Source: a virus
Lineage: Duplodnaviria > Caudoviricetes
Direction: 5' to 3' (one strand)
Length of the DNA: 59,057 nt
IMG/VR virus record: IMGVR_UViG_3300033183_000090
Span: 1-59,057 of that record
A model generated the notes under the pieces. That model searched no databases and had not been told where the DNA came from. It saw nothing but the letters and a program-made list of their open reading frames with translations. Positions 1-9,043 of the stretch are shown here, one piece after another. Made by a program: the position numbers and the translations under genes. How positions within the stretch are numbered: position 1 is the first letter of the stretch; every line of letters starts with the position of its first letter.

Positions 1-151
1 ATACCACAGCGCAGTTCTTTGTGACTTAGCTATGGTGTGTGTCCGAAAGGGGGGTTTTGCGACCCCCCTTTCTTTTTGTCATGCCTGCAAATAATGGCGC
101 GACGCCTCATAGAAATTATCGAATTGGGTAAGCACGACATTCTCAACATTC
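1..151. repeat. Imperfect terminal direct repeat, copy 1 (circular overlap)
   Basis: 1-151 aligns without gaps to 58907-59057 with 10 mismatches. Confidence 0.9.
45..77 (+). terminator. Intrinsic terminator-like hairpin
   Basis: GAAAGGGGGG-N8-CCCCCCTTTC followed by TTTTT; also present in the right-end copy. Confidence 0.6.
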
Positions 152-504
152 TCACCCAGTACGGTTGCACTAGCGCCAGACTTGATTTGACCCGCCACAT
201 AGCCACGATCACCACCGATGTTGTACGAGCCGAACACCCACTCGCCGTTGGCGTAGCCGCCAGACTTGAGTCGCTTGCTGTCGACCCACTCGCCCTCAAC
301 GCCATACATATTCGTCGCGTTCGCTTTGATCGTTGGCGCTATCTTCAGCTTCACACCAGACCTGCGACTAAAACCACCCTTAGTCTTCGCTCTGGCCGCC
401 GCCGGGTTACCACCCAGTAGCTTCAGCCCGTGGTCGACTACGGCTTTCACTTCGTCTTTCGACATACCGCTCATCACGGTGCAAACTGTATCAACGGTAC
501 TCAT
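79..504 (-). CDS. Hypothetical early protein (141 aa)
   Basis: ORF with GAGGAG RBS; differences in the duplicate copy fall mostly at third codon positions, supporting this frame. Confidence 0.8.
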   Translation of the reverse strand: MSTVDTVCTVMSGMSKDEVKAVVDHGLKLLGGNPAAARAKTKGGFSRRSGVKLKIAPTIKANATNMYGVEGEWVDSKRLKSGGYANGEWVFGSYNIGGDRGYVAGQIKSGASATVLGENVENVVLTQFDNFYEASRHYLQA

Positions 505-745
505 GTCCGTTCTCCTCTAGTATTTGACAAACTTTGTCCCTCGCACGACGCATGACTTTCTCTCGCCACTCGTCGTTCTGACAGGCCCACATGACTGCGA
601 ACGCAAGCAGGTGTGTCTTGGTGATGACCTTGTCTACCGCCATGCCAATCTCCACACTCACACCTGCCTCGCTCGTATCGTCTGGCCGAAAGACAAGGAC
701 GACATCGTCCTTGTCCACCTTGATAGTCTTGCGTTCCTCGCTCAC
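491..745 (-). CDS. Hypothetical protein (84 aa)
   Basis: Overlap-coupled to both neighbours in the leftward operon. Confidence 0.65.
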   Translation of the reverse strand: MSEERKTIKVDKDDVVLVFRPDDTSEAGVSVEIGMAVDKVITKTHLLAFAVMWACQNDEWREKVMRRARDKVCQILEENGHEYR

Positions 746-1329
746 TCGCCATCCACCTTGATGACATAGTTGCGACCAGTCTCGTCACGGTACACGCCAT
801 TGGCCTTGATGAAGTCAGCGATGTGGTTGACCAACTCGCCACGCTCCAACGACCACTCGTGACCCGAGCGCCAGTACAAACCACGCGCATCCATGGCTTG
901 GCCTATGAACTGTGCGATGCACTGCGTGAACTCCGACCACTTCTCACGACTGATCTCTGCGTCAGCCTTGCCCTTCGCCATGCTGAAGTCAGAGCCGTCC
1001 ATCATGCGCATCAACTGTGCGTAACGAACACCGAGCTTCAACTCCTGCGTCTCAAGCGGGGTGTGCTTGCCCTTAGTCGCAGTGCGGGTAGGCTTGGTCT
1101 CCTTGACTCGGATGTACGAGCCTTCGTATTCCACGATGCCAGTCGTGGTGCGGCGCTTCTCGTTCGGATAGCTGATGTACTTGCGCATCTCGCCATCGAG
1201 CAGTGATTGTTGCTTGGGTGCATGTGTCGGGCAGGGCTTGGCAACCTTAGTCTTGCGCTTGCCCACGCCCAACTTCTCAAGTTCGCCAGATACAACAGCG
1301 TCAACGATTTGTGTGTTTGAATTTTCCAT
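742..1329 (-). CDS. Hypothetical protein
   Basis: Start moved to ATG at 1329 behind the GAGGACACAC leader. Confidence 0.7.
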   Translation of the reverse strand: MENSNTQIVDAVVSGELEKLGVGKRKTKVAKPCPTHAPKQQSLLDGEMRKYISYPNEKRRTTTGIVEYEGSYIRVKETKPTRTATKGKHTPLETQELKLGVRYAQLMRMMDGSDFSMAKGKADAEISREKWSEFTQCIAQFIGQAMDARGLYWRSGHEWSLERGELVNHIADFIKANGVYRDETGRNYVIKVDGE

Positions 1330-1343
1330 GATGTGTGTCCTCA

Positions 1344-1586
1344 TCAGTTTGTTGAAATGTGCGAGACGCGAATCACGAACTCGCAAGCGGTTACGACTGT
1401 TTCGACTGGCGTGTGCATGACGCACAACCCTTCGCCAACTGCGCAGTCAATTACATCCTTGACCTCGGTGCCATCCGACAGGGTGACATCAACATCAAGG
1501 TCACGAACAGGCAGGTTGCCCTGCCTTGCTTCGTCAAAGAACCGAGCAAGGTACTCGGCTGTACAGTACGCATGATTGTTGCTCAT
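1344..1586 (-). CDS. Hypothetical protein
   Basis: AAGGAG RBS before ATG at 1586. Confidence 0.6.
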   Translation of the reverse strand: MSNNHAYCTAEYLARFFDEARQGNLPVRDLDVDVTLSDGTEVKDVIDCAVGEGLCVMHTPVETVVTACEFVIRVSHISTN

Positions 1587-1587
1587 G

Positions 1588-1812
1588 CTATTTGCTCCTT
1601 TCCAAATGTTTGAGTACGGAAGATATGTCACGATTATGTGACAGATGCAAGTCTAATTCAACTGCGACACCTCGCACACCCCCAACATCGTGTTTCTTAA
1701 TCTTGCGAGCGCGGCAGATGTGGTAGACCGCAACCCAAAAGACGACAGGCTTACGAGGCATGAGGGGATACCAGTACGCAGGGATGTGTGCAGACTTGGT
1801 ACGCTTAGGCAA
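1588..1812 (-). CDS. Possible small hypothetical protein
   Basis: Fills the gap and overlaps the cobT-like stop; weak support. Confidence 0.3.
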   Translation of the reverse strand: MPKRTKSAHIPAYWYPLMPRKPVVFWVAVYHICRARKIKKHDVGGVRGVAVELDLHLSHNRDISSVLKHLERSK

Positions 1813-3922
1813 GTTTCGTACCCTTGCGCACGTTAGTCTGCATCAACTCGCTGTCACGACCATCAGGATCAACCAACAACTTGGCGACCTGATCCACATA
1901 AGTCGTGGCGAACTCTGCGATGTTGTTGATTACGATGTACTCAGGGTAGTAACGACGAACGCTGTCATCGAGGATGCCCAAGCCTACGATGCGGATGCCA
2001 TTGGCACGGCACCACTCGACGCAGTCTCGTGTGTGCTGATGCTCGCACTTAGTCTCCGACGAGTACGCAGGTGAGCCGTCACTCAGCACGAGCATGACCT
2101 TGCGTTCCTCACGTCGATCAAGCAGGCGCTTGGCCGCCATCATAATTGCGTCGCCGTCAGCGTTGGCACCATACGAGTAGTAGGGGATGGCACCCAGTGC
2201 AGAGCGGCAGATGCTCAGCGTGTCATCGTAGCCCTTGAAGATAGGCATCTTGATGTTCTGCAAGCGACCATACTTGGGATCGTAGTTCTCACGATTGGCG
2301 TGCGCTTGCTGTGTCTTCTGCGTCAGGCATGTGTGATGGCCCGAAATCTCAAGCGGTACACCCACGGGATCGAGCGCCTCGGCAATGGCGATGCTTGCCT
2401 GTGCGGACAACTGCAACTTGTCACCCTCCATCGAGCCAGACAAGTCGATCAGGATCGAGAGCGCAGTGTTGACAGCAGTCTCCTCGGTGCGACGACGGAA
2501 GACATTGCCACCGAACTGTACGATGCGTGCGGCGTTACGTCTGACATCCAGTCGACCCGAACGCTTGCCGTTCTCCCAGTAAGTCTGCGCTTGCGCAGTC
2601 AACACACGCTCTAACTTGCGTCGGCATGTACCCAACTGCGAGGACATCATCTTCTTGAGTTCGCCATACTGCTGTGCGAAGCGCTTGGCGTGGTGCTTGA
2701 TGCGCTTGTCGTCACGCCAGTGAACGATGCGATCCTCGCCGGGGGCGAAGACTATGTAGCGTGAAGACTTAGGTCGGTTGGCGTTGATCTCAGCACTGAC
2801 CTGACGGATGACCTGATCTAAGTCTGGGTTCAGCGGTTCAGGCTCGGTGATCTCCGCCTCGCCGTCACCCTCGGTGCCTGACCCACGAGCATTGCCATCG
2901 CCACGGTCATCGTCTGACTGTTGCTCGCCTATCTCTTGACTGTTTGAATAGGACGATGCCTGTTCTTGGTCGCCCTCATTTCCTTGAACATCTCCTTGGT
3001 CACCGTCGCCGGATACGCGAACCCGCCCTGCGCCACCCATATCGTCACCGTTTCCTGACTGGGTTGGCTGTCCGTCTCCACTGCATTGGTTGGCGTCGTC
3101 GCCTTGTCCTTGGCCTTGCTGTCCGTTGCCTTGTCCTTGTTCGGCACTCTTCGCCTCCTGCTCCTGTTGCTGTTGCTTGCGCAACTTGTTCATGTGCTGG
3201 CGCACCACACGCTCGGCTAACTTGGCCGCCTCGATGGAACCATCAAGCGCCTTGGTGCGATTGACCTGACCCATGCCTGCGACACCGTGGTCGAGCGCCA
3301 TGGTTGCGTCCACGATCTTCTCGACTTGCTTGCGGATGTCCTTGGGTAGTAAGTCCAACGCCTCGGTGAGCGACGAGTCGGGGTAGCCTAGTCTGCGACG
3401 GCCTTCCCATGTCACTGCGACTGGCCCGATCTTGCCGAAGTCCTCGACGATGCTCGGGTCTTGCGGGTAAATCTTGTCGATGAACTCGCGGTTGACCTCA
3501 CGAGAAGTCTTGTCGATGGCCTTGGGCATGCCATTGTAAAGAACCTGACCGCCATGCTCAATGCGAACATCCTCGATAGCGTTTGCCATAGCCTTGGTCA
3601 GGTGTCGTCCCTCACGGTGCCATCTACGCATGCGAGGCTTGAGCCTGTCGAAGTCGGTCATCAACTTGTGCAGTGTCTCGTGGTTGGCATAGCCACCCAC
3701 GACTAACGCTTGCCGACGTGTGACCTTGGCGTCGCCGTCGATGGTAGGCAGGATGACGCTGTCGCCATCCGTAGCCGCACCCTCACCAGCGAACGTCACG
3801 TCCGTGTTGTGGTCTCGTGCAATGGTGCGCACGACCGTAGTCGTGGCATCCATCAACTCATTGCCTGTCATAACCTCTGCGTTGAGGTCACCAGACTCAG
3901 GTATGTATGTGACTTTGCGCAT
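1805..3922 (-). CDS. cobT: CobT-like vWA-domain protein with N-terminal HExxH region
   Basis: HETLH...NAIEDVRIE, Q/G/D-rich linker, GRLD, MIDAS DLSGSM and LSDGSP; follows the AAA+ gene. Confidence 0.85.
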   Translation of the reverse strand: MRKVTYIPESGDLNAEVMTGNELMDATTTVVRTIARDHNTDVTFAGEGAATDGDSVILPTIDGDAKVTRRQALVVGGYANHETLHKLMTDFDRLKPRMRRWHREGRHLTKAMANAIEDVRIEHGGQVLYNGMPKAIDKTSREVNREFIDKIYPQDPSIVEDFGKIGPVAVTWEGRRRLGYPDSSLTEALDLLPKDIRKQVEKIVDATMALDHGVAGMGQVNRTKALDGSIEAAKLAERVVRQHMNKLRKQQQQEQEAKSAEQGQGNGQQGQGQGDDANQCSGDGQPTQSGNGDDMGGAGRVRVSGDGDQGDVQGNEGDQEQASSYSNSQEIGEQQSDDDRGDGNARGSGTEGDGEAEITEPEPLNPDLDQVIRQVSAEINANRPKSSRYIVFAPGEDRIVHWRDDKRIKHHAKRFAQQYGELKKMMSSQLGTCRRKLERVLTAQAQTYWENGKRSGRLDVRRNAARIVQFGGNVFRRRTEETAVNTALSILIDLSGSMEGDKLQLSAQASIAIAEALDPVGVPLEISGHHTCLTQKTQQAHANRENYDPKYGRLQNIKMPIFKGYDDTLSICRSALGAIPYYSYGANADGDAIMMAAKRLLDRREERKVMLVLSDGSPAYSSETKCEHQHTRDCVEWCRANGIRIVGLGILDDSVRRYYPEYIVINNIAEFATTYVDQVAKLLVDPDGRDSELMQTNVRKGTKLA

Positions 3923-3934
3923 GTGTGTGTCTCC

Positions 3935-5899
3935 TTATGCAAATACGCGAGATGAAATCTCAAGGATGCGTTGCGTGCAATCCGCAGGTGCGGCGTCGGT
4001 AACCGTAGTCTGCACGGCTTCCTCCATGGCACGCTTGTCACCCATGAGGGGCTTGAAGTGTAGGAAGTACATCGCCATCGCATGCAGGTTACGAGGCGAC
4101 ATGGTCTGGCTGATCTCACCACCAGTGAACGCATTGCGTATCTCGGTAGCGAACTGTGCCATCTCCTTGACCTGACCAGCAGACAGGGCAGGGTACGACT
4201 TAGATAGCAGGCGCTCCTCGTCGTCTTGGTCAAGGTAAGGCACCTCGATGAAGGCACCGAATCGGTTGAGCATCGCAAGGTTCATGGGACGCACGCCCTG
4301 ATACCAACCATGCTCGTCACCCTGACCACGGCTGTTGGCCGTAGCGACGAAGCGGAACAACTCGTGAGGCTTGACCGTGCGACCACCATCCTCGGTCAGT
4401 GTCAGACCCTTGCGCTCAAGCGCCCGCTGAATCACGAACAACACGTCGGGGCGACCCGCATCAATCTCGTCAAGCACGAAGATGCAAGGCTGTTGCATGG
4501 CACGGGGCAGGATACCCTCACGGAACTTAGTCTTGGGCGAACCACCATCGACCGTGATCTCTACACCACCCACGATGTCAGCACGTTCGAGGTTGCTGTC
4601 GAGGTTAAGTCGCTCGATGGGGAAGCCAATGCGTGCGGCGATCTGCTCGGCAAGCGTAGTCTTACCAGTGCCAGTGTGACCGTGAAGCCAGATGTTCTGG
4701 CCGAACTGGATGGCAGACATGAACTTGATGAGGTGACGCAGTCTGAACTGGTACGCAGGGTCAACGTCAGGGCAGTCAGGGTGTTGCACCACATTACCTT
4801 GGTCATCCTTCCACACCAGTGTTGCCACGTCAAAGTCCAACTCCTTGGCAAGCGAACCGTCGGGCTTGGGGAACAGCGTGTTGGCACGCACATGCTTGAC
4901 CTCGTAGGTGAGGGTGCTTGCGTCCACGGTGACCGTGCCAGACTGTGCGACTGGTGCGAACACGGGTGCCGCATTGCGTAGTCGGTCAAGTTCTGCCTGA
5001 AGATCGGCGACGGCAGTCTTGCTAGACACCATCTCGTCGATGAGTGTGTTGATGTCAGACACCTTGCCCTTAGTCGCTTGGCCTAGCAGTGCGTTGACCG
5101 CAGGCAGTAGCGATGCGTCGACGCTCACACCCTGACTGACTGCCGGGGTTGGCTTAGTCTGCTCCGGGGATGGCTCCGGGTCACCAGTTAGCGCACTGAT
5201 GATGTTCTCGACCGCACGACCCTCGCTCGATGGCATGGCCTCGTGATCGGGGATCGAGTTGCCAGACTGGATGTGCAAGTCTACGCCTGCACGCACGGCC
5301 TGTATCTCTGACTCGGTCAGTCGCTCGACTCGGTCAGAATACAACTCAGCCATACGCTTGACGATGTGAGTGCCAATGGTCACCTCATTGCGTGACTCAC
5401 GCACGATGTCAGCGGCTACGAGTACGACGTTGATTGCAGTATCTAGTTGCATGTTAGTTCCTTGTGCTTGGGTTGGTGTGTTGTTGACGATGGCGTCGAG
5501 GTCGGTTGCGATGCGGTTTGGTTGAGTGCAATGCAGGTGATAGCCACGAGCCTTGCCCGAGCCGCGCTCTTTGTTGCAACACTTGCTGTCGTCATTCATG
5601 GCCTCGGTTAGTCGCTCGATGGCCGCCTCTTGGTGACGTGCGTCGTTGTACTCCGCAGACATCAGGATGCCGTGCGCAATGTCAGCGAGTGCATTGCGAT
5701 GGATCATGTCGAGTGTGCGGTTGACGCTGAGACCGACGGCGCTTTGGTACGCCGACCTGTCCTTGTTCTCGAAGACGCCGTTCACCAAGTCACGAGTGTG
5801 CGACTTGATGTGCTTGCGTGCCTCGTTGCCTGACTCTCCGATGACAGCCAGTAGATATTTGGCAAGTGTTTGCGCACTCGCCTTGTCATGTATTCGCAT
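3935..5899 (-). CDS. cobS: CobS-like (MoxR-family) AAA+ ATPase
   Basis: Walker A GHTGTGKT, Walker B FVLDEID, ATANSRGQGD, LNRF, MSPR. Confidence 0.9.
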   Translation of the reverse strand: MRIHDKASAQTLAKYLLAVIGESGNEARKHIKSHTRDLVNGVFENKDRSAYQSAVGLSVNRTLDMIHRNALADIAHGILMSAEYNDARHQEAAIERLTEAMNDDSKCCNKERGSGKARGYHLHCTQPNRIATDLDAIVNNTPTQAQGTNMQLDTAINVVLVAADIVRESRNEVTIGTHIVKRMAELYSDRVERLTESEIQAVRAGVDLHIQSGNSIPDHEAMPSSEGRAVENIISALTGDPEPSPEQTKPTPAVSQGVSVDASLLPAVNALLGQATKGKVSDINTLIDEMVSSKTAVADLQAELDRLRNAAPVFAPVAQSGTVTVDASTLTYEVKHVRANTLFPKPDGSLAKELDFDVATLVWKDDQGNVVQHPDCPDVDPAYQFRLRHLIKFMSAIQFGQNIWLHGHTGTGKTTLAEQIAARIGFPIERLNLDSNLERADIVGGVEITVDGGSPKTKFREGILPRAMQQPCIFVLDEIDAGRPDVLFVIQRALERKGLTLTEDGGRTVKPHELFRFVATANSRGQGDEHGWYQGVRPMNLAMLNRFGAFIEVPYLDQDDEERLLSKSYPALSAGQVKEMAQFATEIRNAFTGGEISQTMSPRNLHAMAMYFLHFKPLMGDKRAMEEAVQTTVTDAAPADCTQRILEISSRVFA

Positions 5900-5986
5900 G
5901 GTGTGTGTCCTCCATTTGCGATGATTTGAAAGTTGATCGAACTGATCGCCGAACTTTCCCCCCCAATCCCCCCTTCGGGGGGATAG

Positions 5987-6199
5987 TTAATCCCCTTCCT
6001 GATTGTCATTGCCGAACATGTCAGCGGTTGGTGGTATGTCGTCGACCATACGGATCGACCACGACTTGAACCTGCCATCGCTCAGTGCGCATTGGCGTGA
6101 GGCGATTGCCTCTGCCTCCTCGTAGTTGAGCGTGTTGACAGTGCCGATGACGACTGGCTCGTCGCCCTCGTGTTCATGCAGGCAGAGTGTGTACCTCAT
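5987..6199 (-). CDS. Hypothetical protein
   Basis: ATGA overlap with the upstream gene, GGGAG RBS. Confidence 0.55.
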   Translation of the reverse strand: MRYTLCLHEHEGDEPVVIGTVNTLNYEEAEAIASRQCALSDGRFKSWSIRMVDDIPPTADMFGNDNQEGD

Positions 6200-6405
6200 G
6201 TGTGGTTCACTCCCTTCTTGCCGAAGTGCGCAATGATGCGCTCGGGTATGACATGGACATCGTTGCATGTGTCGCAACAGCGTCCCTCGGATAGCGGCTG
6301 TGCGTTGTGGCCCCAACCTGAGTAGGTGCATCCGCACAGGATGCAGATTTCTGCCTTGGCTTCCTGCTCACGCAGGGCTTCGGCGGCTTCGTGTAGATCG
6401 CTCAT
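6196..6405 (-). CDS. Small Cys-rich (zinc-finger-like) protein
   Basis: CILCG...GHNAQP...CCDTCN; AAGGAG RBS. Confidence 0.7.
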   Translation of the reverse strand: MSDLHEAAEALREQEAKAEICILCGCTYSGWGHNAQPLSEGRCCDTCNDVHVIPERIIAHFGKKGVNHT

Positions 6406-6415
6406 GGCTTTCTCC

Positions 6416-6928
6416 TTAGTGAAACCAGTGTGGTACTGGCGTGTTAGTCCATTGCATGGACATGACATGCGCTTTGTGGTCACGCATGTAGGTGCGGTAG
6501 GCAGTGACAGGCCAAGTTTCGCTCGTCTTGTACTCGTCTGGCATGCACTGCGGGTGGTCGGTTAAGTCGTGATGCTCGAACATGTCCTCGAAGGCTGTGC
6601 TGTTCACGATGTACCGAAACACGACGCGCAACTTGGTGTCAGTCAGGTGTGTCTTGCGAAACCTGCGCTGATACTCGTCGCACATGGCACTGAACAGCGT
6701 GTAGGCGAAGCGATAGTTCTCGGAACTTAGCCCTGCCCACAGCGTGCATGGGTGCTTGGCGTGTGTTGGTTTGTACAGGTCACCGATGGCGGTGTGTACG
6801 CTTGGCGCGATGTTGTGTATCGCAGTCGAGAGCATCTGAGCCTCCTCGATAATCATCTTGCGCAGGTGCTTATCGCAGAGGTCAGTCGCGCACTCGTCGA
6901 CTACATCTGATGTGATGAAACGGTTCAT
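6416..6928 (-). CDS. Pyrimidine-dimer DNA glycosylase (DenV/Pyr_excise)-like protein
   Basis: CDKH..KM..E.AQMLST, YKPTH..HPCT.W, PQCMPDEYK motifs. Confidence 0.75.
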   Translation of the reverse strand: MNRFITSDVVDECATDLCDKHLRKMIIEEAQMLSTAIHNIAPSVHTAIGDLYKPTHAKHPCTLWAGLSSENYRFAYTLFSAMCDEYQRRFRKTHLTDTKLRVVFRYIVNSTAFEDMFEHHDLTDHPQCMPDEYKTSETWPVTAYRTYMRDHKAHVMSMQWTNTPVPHWFH

Positions 6929-7158
6929 TGGTTGGCTCCGCATGTGCATTGGCATGTGCATGTGGCGGCTGGCTTGACTTCGATGCCAGTCACCTCGAAT
7001 GTGGCGTCCTCAAGCCACCACCCGTCAGCAGTTTCGGGGTCTTCGAGTTCGTGGATTTTCTCTGCGTATTTGTGCGCGTCGTCGACGCACTCGAAGTCGC
7101 CTTCGTATTGCCAGTAATGGGTCACCTCTACGGTGAGCAGATACTTGGATTTAGCCAT
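6925..7158 (-). CDS. Hypothetical protein
   Basis: GGAGGACACAC leader; coupled to the next gene. Confidence 0.65.
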   Translation of the reverse strand: MAKSKYLLTVEVTHYWQYEGDFECVDDAHKYAEKIHELEDPETADGWWLEDATFEVTGIEVKPAATCTCQCTCGANQ

Positions 7159-7177
7159 GATGTGTGTCCTCCATGGG

Positions 7178-7306
7178 TTAGTCTGCGGTTAGGTTGCGTA
7201 AGATGTTCTCGGCCTCACGGCGTGTGCGGCACTTGAACTCGATGTATCCGTCAAGGATGTTGCGGATGGCGTAGCCACGCTTGAGCGTGATGATCTGGTA
7301 CTTCAT
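7178..7306 (-). CDS. Small hypothetical protein (42 aa)
   Basis: ATGA overlap with the upstream stop, GGAGG RBS. Confidence 0.45.
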   Translation of the reverse strand: MKYQIITLKRGYAIRNILDGYIEFKCRTRREAENILRNLTAD

Positions 7307-7629
7307 GCCTGCATATCCTCCTCGGTGATGAACTCGATGGTCACGCTGGCGATGCGCTTGCCAAGGACAGGGTCGTCGATGATGTTTGCGACTACGGGAT
7401 ACATGCCGTCGCCGAACCCAGTCGTGACGCAAACGCCTAGACCCTCGTGGCCCATGGCGTAGTAAAACTGTTGCGAGAGTTGACCACGCATGCCTGCGCA
7501 GAAGATGTCCCAGTCGTTGACCTCGCTACGCTCAGACGCATCGTCTGGCAGGACATAGCAAGGGTCGCCGATCCAACACAGACCTGCGTCAACACCGATG
7601 TGGCCGATGATTTGAGTTGTCGTGCGCAT
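7303..7629 (-). CDS. DUF4241-like protein
   Basis: VDAG...IGDPCY and TGFGDG.YPV motifs; TAATG overlap start. Confidence 0.65.
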   Translation of the reverse strand: MRTTTQIIGHIGVDAGLCWIGDPCYVLPDDASERSEVNDWDIFCAGMRGQLSQQFYYAMGHEGLGVCVTTGFGDGMYPVVANIIDDPVLGKRIASVTIEFITEEDMQA

Positions 7630-7871
7630 TACCATGTACCCCGCTCGATCTTGTTGTCTTGGAATACGCACTGGTTGGTTTGCCATGTGTGGTCGGCGTA
7701 GTAAGTCACCTCGCCACAGCCTGCGAGCCACTCGATGGCGACGACTGCGAAGACGATGGCGATTAGTAGCGTTACGCATGCACCGCCAACGAATGACCAG
7801 ACTTTTGCCCAGACTTGGGCGCGTGCCTCTGCTTCGAGGCGGGATTGGTATGAACGAATACGAGTAGCCAT
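7629..7871 (-). CDS. Small single-pass membrane protein
   Basis: Hydrophobic stretch FVGGACVTLLIAIVFAVVAI; GGAGGACAC leader. Confidence 0.65.
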   Translation of the reverse strand: MATRIRSYQSRLEAEARAQVWAKVWSFVGGACVTLLIAIVFAVVAIEWLAGCGEVTYYADHTWQTNQCVFQDNKIERGTW

Positions 7872-7978
7872 GGTGTGTCCTCCTGTTAGGCTAGGGTGCA
7901 TCGGGTGGTCTGCGTTGAGACCTGCGATGTGTGTGTCATCTCACGAGAGCGCACCACGATGCGTTGGATATGTCACAG

Positions 7979-8007
7979 ATATTAGACAGCGTCGTCTTCG
8001 ATGTCAA
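7979..8007 (-). promoter_or_regulatory. Sigma70-type promoter
   Basis: TTGACA-N17-TAATAT on the minus strand, adjoining a TATGTCACAGAT box. Confidence 0.7.
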
Positions 8008-8206
8008 CGAACACAGCGAGGCCGATGTCGTTGGTGAAGTCGCGCAGTTCGCGGGTTCCGATGCCGACTTGCACGAAGCCGAACATCTCGAAGTCGTCAG
8101 CGTGTTGCGACGCGGACTTGTCGCCGTGGAAGCGCAAGGTGTTGCGCACGGCTGATTTCACGTTAGGGCGAGTGTTGCCATACTGGCGGTTGATGATAGT
8201 TGCCAT
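7982..8206 (-). CDS. Hypothetical protein
   Basis: GGAGGACACAC leader before ATG at 8206. Confidence 0.65.
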   Translation of the reverse strand: MATIINRQYGNTRPNVKSAVRNTLRFHGDKSASQHADDFEMFGFVQVGIGTRELRDFTNDIGLAVFVDIEDDAV

Positions 8207-8227
8207 GGGTGTGTCCTCCGTTTGGGC

Positions 8228-8254
8228 AAAAAAAAGCCCCGCACTAGGCGGGGC
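8228..8254 (-). terminator. Intrinsic terminator
   Basis: GCCCCGC/GCGGGGC stem followed by U8 on the minus strand. Confidence 0.8.
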
Positions 8255-8268
8255 GTTGAGCGCTGTCA

Positions 8269-8625
8269 TTACGCAGACAGCATTGCGATGAGTTGAGCCT
8301 TGGTCATGCGCTTGAGTTTCGCTTCGCTAGGCAGTGCAGGCTCAGCCGAAGGCTGTGCAGGTGCGGCTTGGGTCATCGGGAAGATGGTGAAGCCGAAGGC
8401 TTTCAGCACATCGAAGGCTTTGGCCGAAGACTTGCGGGACGCGACCTTGCGTGTGGCGTCGTCACGGCGAGCCTTGATGGCGACCAGAGCATTGCGAAGC
8501 AATGTGCGGTTGTCGTCGGACGCAGTGTCGCCGATGGTCTTGCAGACGAAGTCTACGACTTCGGTTGAGGTGAAGCCAGCGATGTTGCCAGCGTTGATGG
8601 TGTCTACAGTAAGTACATTTGCCAT
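8269..8625 (-). CDS. Hypothetical protein, first gene of the early arm
   Basis: AAGGAG RBS; C-terminal LKRMTKAQLIAML helix resembles Rho-N/HeH motifs. Confidence 0.7.
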   Translation of the reverse strand: MANVLTVDTINAGNIAGFTSTEVVDFVCKTIGDTASDDNRTLLRNALVAIKARRDDATRKVASRKSSAKAFDVLKAFGFTIFPMTQAAPAQPSAEPALPSEAKLKRMTKAQLIAMLSA

Positions 8626-8729
8626 GATAGTTTCTCCTTGCATAGCAGTGGTAGGGAAGGTTCCCTGTGAACCCCGACGACCGCCGCCGAGGCTCGGCCA
8701 ACTTTCCACCCCAACCCCTCCTTCGGAGG

Positions 8730-8762
8730 GGGACGACTAGTTCTCTAAGTCTGTGAAATGAT
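8730..8762 (+). promoter_or_regulatory. Putative late promoter GGGACGAC-N19-AATGAT
   Basis: Same motif and spacing as 20840, 22209, 34925 and 54553; upstream of terS. Confidence 0.55.
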
Positions 8763-9043
8763 TAGAGGTAGGTCTCTCAACACCAGTAGACTGGAGACAT
8801 CTCACCACTGTTGGGAAACGAGAGAGGTCTCAGTACCAAGAAACATCCCTATGAGGGAGATGAAACGCTAGGAAATTCAATGGGTTACGAGACTCAACGG
8901 ACACAACCTGACCAAACACAAGGGCTGTTTCGAGGGATGGGGGCCGTAGGGGGGTATCCCGCCGTCGGCTTTTCGTGATCGCCATGTCCGGCCCCTCGAA
9001 ATTTCGCGGCAAAATTTGAAAATGACTGTTACGGAAATAAGAC

